Source of the DNA: an uncultured Porphyromonadaceae bacterium
GTDB lineage: Bacteria; Bacteroidota; Bacteroidia; Bacteroidales; Muribaculaceae
NCBI GenBank assembly: GCA_937921035.1
Contig: CALEUL010000025.1
Location: 8,444-72,443 of the forward strand
DNA length: 64,000 nucleotides
Reading direction: 5' to 3'
The notes below the pieces were generated by a model. That model was not told the origin of the DNA and did not search any database. It saw only the letters and a list, made by a program, of their open reading frames with translations. The position numbers and the translations under genes were made by a program. Below are positions 19,538-28,733 of this stretch, piece by piece (positions within the stretch are counted from its first letter, which is position 1; the number at the start of each line of letters is the position of its first letter).

Positions 19538-20611
19538 TTATTTGCCGTCGCACTTGGCAAGATGGCAGTGCATGATATTTCCGTCGGAGTCGCGGAGGTG
19601 CATACCGTTGCCCTCGCAGTAGCGCCAGAAAGAGCAGTCGGCACATATTCCCCGCTTCATCCATGAGCGATCGCGGTAACGTTCGAAACGGTTCTGCCAT
19701 ACATCCCAAAAATCGTCGGTATATATATTGCCCTGCCTGTAGTCGGCGCGTATGCTGGGGCAAGCACCAATGCCTCCGTCAAGGAGGACCGAAGCGGCAG
19801 TAACACCAGCCTGGCACTCGAAGAAATAGTCGCGCACAAGCCCCTCGTAACCTGCAAGAAAGCCTTCGCAACAAAACGACGGGTGTATGCGTCCTTCCTT
19901 GCGCGTGGCAACGATGAAATCCATCAGTGTACGCAATTCGTCCTGTCCGAGATCGAATTCCGGATGGGCTGCCGCACGGCCAGATGGAAAAATAGTGAAC
20001 AGACGCCAGCGTTTAACGCCAGCGTCTATCAGTAATTCTTTCAGAGCATCGAGTTCGGCCAACGACCGGCGGTTCACGCATGTAACGACATCGAAATGAA
20101 TATCTTCTGCCCTCGCAACGATGCGTATGGCTCCAAGAGCGCGACGAAACGACTCCGGATTGCCGCGCATCCAGTTATGACTGTCTTCAAGCCCGTCGAG
20201 GCTTATTGTAAGACTATGCAGACCGGCACGACGCAGGCTCTCGAAGCGCTTTTCGCTGAGCAGCATGCCGTTGGTAACAATGCCCCACGGTATTTCGCGG
20301 CTATAGAGCTCCAGGCCCACCGCCTCGATATCGGAGCGCACGAGCGGCTCGCCACCCGTGATCACTATGTTCAGCCTGTGCCGGTCCACGTGCGGAAGCA
20401 GCGAATCTATTACCCGCAGAAAATCCTCCGCCGGCATGTCTGGAAGCGCCGACGAACTCTTGCAGTCGCTACCGCAGTGGCGGCACGCTAAATTGCAGCG
20501 CCACGTGCATTCCCAGAACAGCTGTCGCAACGGATGCTCGCGCCGGCGTCCTTCCTTCAGGCGCCGGTTCAGTTCAAGAGCCATCCGCTGCCTTAACGAC
20601 AGCGGTTTCAT
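19538..20611 (-). CDS. Radical SAM/SPASM enzyme, rSAM-lipoprotein system type (TIGR04133-like)
   Basis: CNLACRHC, TGGEP, SPASM cysteines (CQAG..GACP..CADCSFWRYC); overlaps the lipoprotein stop. Confidence 0.9.
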   Translation of the reverse strand: MKPLSLRQRMALELNRRLKEGRRREHPLRQLFWECTWRCNLACRHCGSDCKSSSALPDMPAEDFLRVIDSLLPHVDRHRLNIVITGGEPLVRSDIEAVGLELYSREIPWGIVTNGMLLSEKRFESLRRAGLHSLTISLDGLEDSHNWMRGNPESFRRALGAIRIVARAEDIHFDVVTCVNRRSLAELDALKELLIDAGVKRWRLFTIFPSGRAAAHPEFDLGQDELRTLMDFIVATRKEGRIHPSFCCEGFLAGYEGLVRDYFFECQAGVTAASVLLDGGIGACPSIRADYRQGNIYTDDFWDVWQNRFERYRDRSWMKRGICADCSFWRYCEGNGMHLRDSDGNIMHCHLAKCDGK

Positions 20612-21066
20612 TCGGCCGTTTTCTTTTTCAGTTTGAAGTTAACGGTGGCTTCGCCTTTGCCTTCGTTCCAATTACCGTCGCCGTCAGACACCTTCTTCAG
20701 CGTAACGACGGTGGAATCGGCTTCAAGGGTGCCGTCGGCAGGAATGCATACCACCTTCACCATCTCGGAGGGGGAACCTATTCTTCGATTTTCGGACACA
20801 TTATACGAGCCGGCAACATTTGTTGTGTCTTTGCCTATCGAGTATACTCCAGACGGGGCCTCGGGCATTGTAACTCTCACCTCAACGTCCTTCACGGCAT
20901 TGCCTTCGGCATCTGTAACCGAGCCTTTCACTTCGAAATCAGCTGTTGGAGATCCGTACATCAAAGGATAATCCCCTTCATCGGAGCAACCAAAGCCCAG
21001 CAAAGCAAGTCCGGCCATGCAGATACGTGAAGTGATTGAGTACAAATTGGAACAAAAAGTTTTCAC
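20608..21066 (-). CDS. Radical SAM-associated lipoprotein (TIGR04134-like)
   Basis: LALLGFGC lipobox then LMYGSPTADFEVKGSVTD. GTG start at 21066 is inferred. Confidence 0.85.
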   Translation of the reverse strand: MKTFCSNLYSITSRICMAGLALLGFGCSDEGDYPLMYGSPTADFEVKGSVTDAEGNAVKDVEVRVTMPEAPSGVYSIGKDTTNVAGSYNVSENRRIGSPSEMVKVVCIPADGTLEADSTVVTLKKVSDGDGNWNEGKGEATVNFKLKKKTAE

Positions 21067-21158
21067 AGCAACCAGATATTGTGATATTGTTCGCAAATAT
21101 ATAGAATTAATCCCGGTTCAAGAAATAAATTCCGATAATTTTTGGCTACTTTTGCAGA

Positions 21159-21998
21159 ATGAAGTCCGACAAACAGAAAACCGCAAAGATTAAGGCTCCA
21201 CGCTATCGCAATCCGGCGCGCTACCGCCTTGAATTCATCCACGAGAACACGCTTATGACCTTGTGGAGCGTTCGGATGACGCGCGTGCGCGTATGGATTG
21301 TCTCTCTGTCGGGCATAGCCGCCGTCCTCGCTTTGCTATGGGCAGTTGTCGCCTTTACACCACTGCGACAATTGCTGCCAGGAGCCCTGCACGGCGACCT
21401 AAGGGCCCGCTACATGGAAACAGCTCTAAAACTCGACTCTCTGGAGGCCGCCGTCCGCCAGAACGATGCCTATATAAACAATCTACGCAATATATTTGCA
21501 GGTCCGAAAGAAGCCGACCACACCACCCTGACCCATTCCGTCGCCCTCTCCGACTCTCTTCTTGCGGCAAGCGAACTCGAAAAACAGTTTGTGCGCACCT
21601 ATGAGGACGAGGAACGCTTCAACCTTTCAGTGCTCGCCCCCATCGCCGCCGAAGGAATGATATTCCAGTCCCCGGTAGCCTCGGCGGTATCTGTGGCATC
21701 TGTTTCCGGCGCCAAAGCGCTTGAGATACAGACCGGAGCACTTACTCCCGCATCGGCGGTATACCGCGGCACCGTGGTGGCCTCCACAACCGGCGCCGAC
21801 GGACGCACCACCATCACAATACAGCACCCCAACGATTTTATAAGCGTATACCAGGGACTTTCAGATGTTTTTGTAGAAAAAGGCGACAAAGTTGAGGCAG
21901 CCCAACGCATAGGCCACATCGCCGCCAAAGGACGTCTTGTATTCGAACTATGGCATAGCGGCTCGCCCCTTAACCCACGCGATTATATAGCTATATAA
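21159..21998 (+). CDS. M23/LytM domain membrane protein lacking zinc ligands
   Basis: TM, coiled coil, IQHPNDFISVY..VEKGDKV..FELW..PLNP. Confidence 0.85.
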   Translation: MKSDKQKTAKIKAPRYRNPARYRLEFIHENTLMTLWSVRMTRVRVWIVSLSGIAAVLALLWAVVAFTPLRQLLPGALHGDLRARYMETALKLDSLEAAVRQNDAYINNLRNIFAGPKEADHTTLTHSVALSDSLLAASELEKQFVRTYEDEERFNLSVLAPIAAEGMIFQSPVASAVSVASVSGAKALEIQTGALTPASAVYRGTVVASTTGADGRTTITIQHPNDFISVYQGLSDVFVEKGDKVEAAQRIGHIAAKGRLVFELWHSGSPLNPRDYIAI

Positions 21999-21999
21999 C

Positions 22000-22407
22000 A
22001 TGACTCTCAAACCAATACTCCGCTGGCTTCCGTCGGCAATAGTAATAGCAGTGATACTCTACGCCACCCTGTTTCCCGACCCGGCCGGCGCCGACATGTT
22101 CCCGCTCATACCCCACATCGACAAACTGATCCATGCTATAATGTTCGGGGGCCTGGCCGGAGCACTCGCTTTCGACTACGAAAGAACGGGGTCCCGGCAA
22201 CGGCCGGAACCCCGTGTAATGCTTATATGTTGCGGTGCCTCACTTGCCTTTGGCGGTGGTATCGAACTCCTGCAGGGCGCTATGGGACTTGGCCGTGGCG
22301 CTGACTGGTGGGATTTCGCCGCCGATGCCGTCGGCGTAGCAGTTGCTTATTTTACCGCTCCGCCGGCAATAAAGGCCGTTGTGTCGCACTGCAAAATCAC
22401 TTCGTAA
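22000..22407 (+). CDS. VanZ family membrane protein
   Basis: DKLIHAIMF, GGGIELLQ, RGADWWDFAAD. Confidence 0.85.
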   Translation: MTLKPILRWLPSAIVIAVILYATLFPDPAGADMFPLIPHIDKLIHAIMFGGLAGALAFDYERTGSRQRPEPRVMLICCGASLAFGGGIELLQGAMGLGRGADWWDFAADAVGVAVAYFTAPPAIKAVVSHCKITS

Positions 22408-22852
22408 CCTGAGCGTCGTCGGCAGCCTCGGCAGCTTCCGCAGCCTGATCCTCGGCGATTTCCTTGTCCTTGAATTCGGTGATGCCTGCGGCAATCAGCT
22501 GATTGTACCAGCTGAAAAGTTTCTGCAGGTCGCTGTTGTGTACGCGCTCGCGGTCGTAGTCGGGGAGAACTTCGCCGAAGAAATCGCGCATGGCCTGTTC
22601 GTTGGCAAAGCCTTTTACATCCACGGGCTTGCCTTCCATTCTTGCATATAATTTATCGAATACGTCGGGCAGAGGCACATCGCCGTTTTCGCTGTACATT
22701 GTAATGTCAGCCAAAGAAATGACTTTCTCGTGGGGATACGTAGGTACACGCTTGCCAGTCTGGAGCGATTCAACGATAAGAGCGTTCTTGCCACGTGTCA
22801 GCAACTTGTAGAGTCCCGGCTTTCCGGTAATGGAGATAATTCCTTTTATCAT
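22397..22852 (-). CDS. Conserved Bacteroidota protein (DUF5606-like)
   Basis: ISITGKPGLYKL, LPDYDRERV..KLFSWYN. Confidence 0.8.
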   Translation of the reverse strand: MIKGIISITGKPGLYKLLTRGKNALIVESLQTGKRVPTYPHEKVISLADITMYSENGDVPLPDVFDKLYARMEGKPVDVKGFANEQAMRDFFGEVLPDYDRERVHNSDLQKLFSWYNQLIAAGITEFKDKEIAEDQAAEAAEAADDAQVTK

Positions 22853-22970
22853 GTCGGTATGTATAAATGTACTTAGTCTTTAGGTCTGCAAAATTAACAA
22901 ATTGCGGCGAAATACAGTTCTAAAAACAGAAAATTATTGCATACCGTGTTCATGCCAATGCTACGGCAGA

Positions 22971-23195
22971 CTATAGCAGACGAGGCATAATGAATAGTGA
23001 GCGTTGCTCCCGCCAGCCCTGCGAAGCATTGCGCAGGCTCAGGGAGAGCAGGCCGGTTATATCGCCGGCGGCATGGCGTACGGCCAGAAGGACTTCGTTG
23101 ACCGAAGCGAAACCTGAAGAAACTATCGATGCGACAGTGCGGCCTTCAAAAGTGGCTGAAGCCTGAATAATGTCTGTAGATGAAATGCTTGCCAT
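22971..23195 (-). CDS. Small hypothetical protein, 74 aa
   Basis: ATG with A-rich leader and TAAATTTG promoter at 23221-23228. Confidence 0.7.
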   Translation of the reverse strand: MASISSTDIIQASATFEGRTVASIVSSGFASVNEVLLAVRHAAGDITGLLSLSLRNASQGWREQRSLFIMPRLL

Positions 23196-23411
23196 ATCTG
23201 AGGAGTTTTAAATGATGATGCAAATTTAAGAGCGCACATGCGCAACATTTATGCCCAGCTGTATTAACATGATATAAAATCCGTCCGATTCAATATGCAC
23301 CGGCGCTGAAACGGCGGTAACCGTCCCGTTGCTCCTTCGGCATTTTTTACTTATCTTTGCAAGATGAAACAAACGGCTTAAATCCCGTTTTTTCGCTAAA
23401 CATTAATTACG

Positions 23412-23960
23412 ATGCTGACGTTTTTTAAATATCTGATACAGCTGATACTGTCGCCGTCCAACGGATGGGAAGATCTGGCAAAACAGAATCCCGACCCCGA
23501 AGAGTCGCTGCGCACAGGGCTATACCCACTCATGGGGGTTTCAGCCGCCTCTGAATTCTTAGCCCTGCTCTACGGCCGCGGCGCAAGTATGCTCCATGTC
23601 GTATCGGCAGCCATAACCGATTTCGGGGCATATTTTCTGGCAATCTTCATAGCCCGTCTGGGCTTCGACCTGAGCCTGTCCAAAGTATGCGACGAGATTC
23701 CCGAACAGCGGCGCGTAAACAACTTCATCAATGTGTCCTTAGGACTGATGGTGCTGTTCCAAATAATTGACAACTGCATCCCCTGGAATCTGATGCTGCT
23801 TAAATTCCTGCCGCTGTATGTTGTTCTGGTGATATCCAAGGGCACAGGATATATGAACATACGCAAGCGCGACGATATGCGCTTCCTGAGCATTGCCGCC
23901 GGCCTGATTGTTGCGGTACCGCTGGTTATCTATTACTTTATCTATTTGCTTATACAATGA
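23412..23960 (+). CDS. YIP1-like membrane protein
   Basis: [10 protein letters not shown] motif and about 5 TM segments; overlaps smpB. Confidence 0.75.
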   Translation: MLTFFKYLIQLILSPSNGWEDLAKQNPDPEESLRTGLYPLMGVSAASEFLALLYGRGASMLHVVSAAITDFGAYFLAIFIARLGFDLSLSKVCDEIPEQRRVNNFINVSLGLMVLFQIIDNCIPWNLMLLKFLPLYVVLVISKGTGYMNIRKRDDMRFLSIAAGLIVAVPLVIYYFIYLLIQ

Positions 23961-24415
23961 ATCAGAAAGATATAAACATAAAAAACCGCCGCGCGACGTT
24001 CGACTACGAGATAATCGATACGTTCACCGCCGGCCTTGTGCTTACAGGAACAGAAATCAAAAGCATCCGTTCGGGACATGCCTCTCTTGTAGATACCTTC
24101 TGCTATATAAGCCAGTTGGGCGAAGTATGGGTAAAAAATATGAACATAGCCCAGTACTTCTACGGAACGTACAACAACCATGAGGCCCGTCGCGACCGTA
24201 AATTGCTGCTTACCAAGAAAGAAATTGCCAAGCTCGCCAAAAGCGGCAAGGATGCCGGCTATACGATAGTGCCGTTGAGGCTGTTCATCAACAGCAAGGG
24301 CCTTGCGAAACTTGTAATCGGTATAGCCCGCGGCAAGAAAGAATACGACAAGCGCCAGTCCATCAAAGAACGCGAGGACAAAAGAAACCTTGCACGAATC
24401 ATGCAGCGCAAATAA
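23957..24415 (+). CDS. smpB: SsrA-binding protein
   Basis: [34 protein letters not shown]. Confidence 0.98.
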   Translation: MNQKDINIKNRRATFDYEIIDTFTAGLVLTGTEIKSIRSGHASLVDTFCYISQLGEVWVKNMNIAQYFYGTYNNHEARRDRKLLLTKKEIAKLAKSGKDAGYTIVPLRLFINSKGLAKLVIGIARGKKEYDKRQSIKEREDKRNLARIMQRK

Positions 24416-24569
24416 CAGAATTAGCATCCGTTCTGCAGAAACAATGCCTCGGTGCAAACAATTTTATCATTTTGATGCACAAATTTCATTTTACGCACCA
24501 CATTTAATGTCATTTTGAAATATTTTATGTAAGTTTGTAACCGGAATAACAAAAACCAACAGACTTACA

Positions 24570-27014
24570 ATGAAAAAACTTTACTCAGTCGCACTTGCTG
24601 TTGCCATTGCAGCCACATCAGCAACAGCTTACAGTGCCGCACCATTCGCGAAAGGCCGTCCTGCCGCGCCCCGAACACATCTCAAGGCTGCACCGGCATC
24701 GGCAACCCTTATCAACGAGGACTTTTCCAAATTCAGCGAAGGCACAGAGAGCGCTCCCGCCGCCGAGATTACATACGTAAACAATTACTATGTTCCCGAC
24801 GAATACACAGCCCAACCGGGATGGACAGCCCAGGGACTGCATCCAGCCGGCGGCTGCGTCTCACTTCACCCGTGGACAAACTACTACGGAGATACCGACG
24901 GCGGATATATTTCCACACCTCCTCTTCCTCTCGGGGGTACCGCCACAATTACCTTCAGAGCCAAAGCAGCACCCGGGACTACCGCAAGCCTGTGGCTTTC
25001 GCTATGCGACGATTACTACGGTCCGGGAGATGACCAGGCCGATTATGAGTTGACAGACGAATGGCAGAACTGTACACTCGTGGCTTCACACGGATCGCTC
25101 GAAGATTATTCCTACTTCCAGTTCAAGGCCGAAGAAGGAATCGTTCTTTTAGATGATGTGCGCCTCGACTTTGTGCGCGACCGCATAGCCACTCCACAGC
25201 CCGCACCGGCACAGAACATCTCCGAAACGGAATTTATTGCAAGCTGGGAAAATACCGGTGCTCCGCAGTACCGACTGAACGTATATTATACCGAAAACAT
25301 TGCCAACCCTGTTACCGGTGAAATAAGCACCGATTTCGACGGCATCAATGTAAATGCCGACGGCAAGACCATCAACACCTCCGCCCCCAACTATCCCGAA
25401 GGATGGTACATGAATGTGAGCCAGACCGGCGAACTCGATGTACAGACCGAGAACGGCAACTACGGTTCCGGCCCACTGTCGGTTGTTTTCGACGCTGTAG
25501 GCGACACTCTTGTTACTCCCGTCCTCCCCTACCCGGCCGATGAGGTATCATTCTGGGTAAAGCCCTCCGGGAATGAAGACGACGATTACATGATGTCGCT
25601 CCTGCGAGTAGAGACCTACGACACAGAAAGCGGAAAATGGACTGCCATAGCACAGCTTCCACACTACTATCTTGATACAGAAGGCGGAATCTACACATTC
25701 GATTCCGACGCACTCGGAAAAGCAACTACCCAGGTGCGCTTCACCATGATTCAGAAAGGACTTGTTTCCTTCTATGTGGACGATGTAACAGTACATTACC
25801 GCGAACGCGGCAACAACGTTCCCGTGATAAAAGACGCACTTACCACCGAAACGGAGTATACCGTAACGGGTGTCGACCACGCAAACGACTGGTACTACTA
25901 TGTGGAAGCAATCGACGGGGACATAGTGTCCGAAAAGAGCTATCATGTATGGGTTGACGGCCTTACGGGGCTTAAAGTAACTGCAAAAGAAGCAACAGGT
26001 ATAACAACCAACGGTTTCACCGCAAACTGGGCGCCTCTCGGCCACGCTACGAACTACAATGTTACCCTCAGCCGCGTAACCGTTGCCAAAGAAGATATGA
26101 ACGACGTTGTTGTCCTTGAAGAGAATTTCGACGGCATCACAGAAGGAACAATCGACAACCCCGGCTCAGACTGGATGTCGCCCTACGACTTCGGCGCCCA
26201 CGGCATGGCCAACAGCGCCTGGTGCGCCACACAGCCGGCATGGGCCGCAGGAATGGCAGGCACACAGGGCACAAGCCTCTGGGGAACCGCAGGCCTGGTT
26301 TACTCGCCCGTACTCGACCTCAGCAACAATGGCGGCCAGGGATTCAATGTAGAGGCAACCGTAGTTACTACAGTCGACAGCTTTGATTTCTACGGCACAA
26401 CAGAACCCGAAGGCGTATATGTGATGGTACTCAACAGCCCCTACGACTATCAGGCCGTTGCTGCCGCATTAATCGAAACACCCGTTGCAGGCTCCACCAC
26501 TGCGAAAGTAACGGTTCCCAACCCAGAGGGCGCCGATTTCAGCAACATTATAGTAACGTTCATGAACAAGAGCGGTACAATGTTCTTTGTAGACGAAGTA
26601 AAGATCACGCAGGACCTCAAAACCGGTGAAATACTAAAAGCTCCGTTCACTTCCGCATCTACCGCCGACACATATTATACTTTCACCGACCTGCCTACCG
26701 GCAGCGACTACGGTTACACCGTTGCAGGATCCACAACCCACGAATATTATGAATATGCTTCCGATCCCTCCGACGCAGTTGTAGTACAGCTTTCCGGCAC
26801 TACCGGAATCGACGACATTGACAATGGAAGCAACGGCGTCAGCGCCGGTAACGGATTTATCGCCGTTATGACCTGCGACAGCAACGCTGTAGAAGTTTAC
26901 ACCCTGCAGGGCATCTGCGTAGGCAAAGCCACAGGGAACGCTACGTTCAACGTAAGTGCCGGCATGTATATTGTAAAAGTCGGCAACAAGACGTACAAGG
27001 TTGCCGTTAAATAA
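24570..27014 (+). CDS. T9SS-secreted multidomain protein (adhesin/CBM-like and FN3-like modules)
   Basis: Signal peptide; repeated EDF/ENF modules; FIASW/FTANW FN3-like starts; C-terminal GMYIVKVGNKTYKVAVK. Confidence 0.8.
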   Translation: MKKLYSVALAVAIAATSATAYSAAPFAKGRPAAPRTHLKAAPASATLINEDFSKFSEGTESAPAAEITYVNNYYVPDEYTAQPGWTAQGLHPAGGCVSLHPWTNYYGDTDGGYISTPPLPLGGTATITFRAKAAPGTTASLWLSLCDDYYGPGDDQADYELTDEWQNCTLVASHGSLEDYSYFQFKAEEGIVLLDDVRLDFVRDRIATPQPAPAQNISETEFIASWENTGAPQYRLNVYYTENIANPVTGEISTDFDGINVNADGKTINTSAPNYPEGWYMNVSQTGELDVQTENGNYGSGPLSVVFDAVGDTLVTPVLPYPADEVSFWVKPSGNEDDDYMMSLLRVETYDTESGKWTAIAQLPHYYLDTEGGIYTFDSDALGKATTQVRFTMIQKGLVSFYVDDVTVHYRERGNNVPVIKDALTTETEYTVTGVDHANDWYYYVEAIDGDIVSEKSYHVWVDGLTGLKVTAKEATGITTNGFTANWAPLGHATNYNVTLSRVTVAKEDMNDVVVLEENFDGITEGTIDNPGSDWMSPYDFGAHGMANSAWCATQPAWAAGMAGTQGTSLWGTAGLVYSPVLDLSNNGGQGFNVEATVVTTVDSFDFYGTTEPEGVYVMVLNSPYDYQAVAAALIETPVAGSTTAKVTVPNPEGADFSNIIVTFMNKSGTMFFVDEVKITQDLKTGEILKAPFTSASTADTYYTFTDLPTGSDYGYTVAGSTTHEYYEYASDPSDAVVVQLSGTTGIDDIDNGSNGVSAGNGFIAVMTCDSNAVEVYTLQGICVGKATGNATFNVSAGMYIVKVGNKTYKVAVK

Positions 27015-27028
27015 CCGCCACGATAGTC

Positions 27029-27080
27029 CATAAAAAAAGCTGCGCCGCAAATACAAATTGTGCGGCGCAGTTTTTTTATG
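27029..27080. terminator. Bidirectional terminator
   Basis: A7-GCTGCGCCGCA...TGCGGCGCAG-T7 between convergent genes. Confidence 0.88.
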
Positions 27081-27094
27081 CTTTAGCTGTACGG

Positions 27095-28597
27095 TCAATG
27101 CGCGGCAGCCCAAGTAGGAGTGCTGTCGGCAATATCCGGCAGCGTGGCACTGTCGTACACGGGGTCAAGTCCCCTGCGACGCTGTGCTGTATAGTCCTGA
27201 AGCAATGCGACAGCGTATTTGCCGAGTGGCAGGATGGCTGCCAGGTTACATACAGTCATAAGCGCCATCATCAGGTCGGCAAGCGCCCATACAGTATCGA
27301 GCGACATCACGGATCCGAGCATTACCATTCCGGCGACAGCCACTCGGTAGACCACAACTGCCGAACGCGCCCCCGGAATATCGGCGAATCTGATGTGCTC
27401 TATTTTTTCGGGCCTGACACCGCCTAACACGACCGGACGCGTGGCCATTATGAACATAAGATTCGTCTCACCGTAATAATAGTTGGCCACAATCGATGTG
27501 AATGCGAAGAAGAATACTGCGATACCAACAAATGCCGTGCCCATACCAGCGCCTACCTCGCTGTCAAGAGCCTGCTGAGTAAGGACAATCCCGCTGGCGC
27601 CGCTATCGAATATACCGCTGGCCAATATTATGAAAGCCGTGCAAGTGCATATCAGCAGAGTGTCGGTAAAAACGCCAAGAGTCTGCACAAGCCCCTGCTT
27701 CACCGGATGCGACACTGCTGCTGTGGCCGCAGCGTTGGGCGTAGAGCCTTCGCCGGCCTCGTTGCTGAACAGACCACGCTTCACGCCCATCATAATGGCC
27801 GCACCCACACCTCCGCCGACAGCGCTATCCCAGTTGAAAGCGCCGTTGAATATCATACTGAAAATTTCGGGTATACGTCTCCAGTTCAGCACCAAGACGG
27901 TAACAGCCAGAATGATATAGGCAACAGCCATTACGGGCACCACTATCTCGCTGAAGCGTGATATTCGCTGTATTCCGCCCCATATAACGGCCACGGTCAT
28001 GACCGTAAGCACAAGACCCACAAACCATGTCTCTATATTGTACCGGCTCAGCGATTGCGCTATCGTGTTGGATTGCACGGAATTAAACGCCAGTCCGAAT
28101 GTCAGTGTAATCAGCACTGCGAAAACCACCGCCCACCAGCGACAACGCAGCCCCTTGAGGATATAATATGCAGGGCCTCCGACAAACGACCGCGGTCCGT
28201 AAATCTTGTACAGCTGTGCCAGTGTCGACTCAATGAAAGCATTGGCGCTGCCCAACAAAGCCACCACCCACATCCAGAAAACAGAACCGGGACCGCCGAC
28301 AGCTATCGCGGTGGCCACACCGGCCAAGTTTCCTGTTCCTACGCGGCTGGCTATGCTTACGGCAAAAGCCTGAAAAGAGCTTATCTTGTGGTGGCCGTCC
28401 ACGCGGGCGCTGCGTGCGTCGTCGTACTTTCCACCGCTCTCCGCAAGAATCCGGCACATTTCGCCGAACATGCGGAACTGCACGCCGCGCGTCCATACTG
28501 TAAAGTATATCGCTGCGCCAAGCAGCAACCCTATAAGCAGGTACGACCACAAGGCGTCGTTCACAATGTTGATAAAATCTAAAACTACCTGTTCCAT
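27095..28597 (-). CDS. Alanine/glycine:cation symporter (AlsT/AgcS family)
   Basis: RVGTGNLAGVA, GGPGSVFWMW, KRGLFSNEAGEGS. Confidence 0.93.
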   Translation of the reverse strand: MEQVVLDFINIVNDALWSYLLIGLLLGAAIYFTVWTRGVQFRMFGEMCRILAESGGKYDDARSARVDGHHKISSFQAFAVSIASRVGTGNLAGVATAIAVGGPGSVFWMWVVALLGSANAFIESTLAQLYKIYGPRSFVGGPAYYILKGLRCRWWAVVFAVLITLTFGLAFNSVQSNTIAQSLSRYNIETWFVGLVLTVMTVAVIWGGIQRISRFSEIVVPVMAVAYIILAVTVLVLNWRRIPEIFSMIFNGAFNWDSAVGGGVGAAIMMGVKRGLFSNEAGEGSTPNAAATAAVSHPVKQGLVQTLGVFTDTLLICTCTAFIILASGIFDSGASGIVLTQQALDSEVGAGMGTAFVGIAVFFFAFTSIVANYYYGETNLMFIMATRPVVLGGVRPEKIEHIRFADIPGARSAVVVYRVAVAGMVMLGSVMSLDTVWALADLMMALMTVCNLAAILPLGKYAVALLQDYTAQRRRGLDPVYDSATLPDIADSTPTWAAAH

Positions 28598-28663
28598 GAT
28601 ACGTGTACATTCGGCGGCTCCAGGCATTGCACCCTGCAAGAGGCCTGTCCGCAAAACATTAGC

Positions 28664-28702
28664 CAAAGGTACGTAAAAAATCGTGTTTTTTACGTACCTT
28701 TG
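28664..28702. promoter_or_regulatory. Palindromic back-to-back promoter pair
   Basis: Perfect 17-bp IR with a 5-nt spacer; each arm ends in TACCTTTG facing one divergent gene. Confidence 0.75.
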
Positions 28703-28733
28703 CACTCCAAATCTGCAAAAGAAAGCCCACGAA

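Noticed and set aside
23957..24570. tmRNA gene or integrated element next to smpB
   Set aside because: No tRNA-like ends or integrase in the short intergenic region.
28664..28702. Invertible promoter
   Set aside because: Only 5 nt lie between the IRs and no recombinase is nearby.
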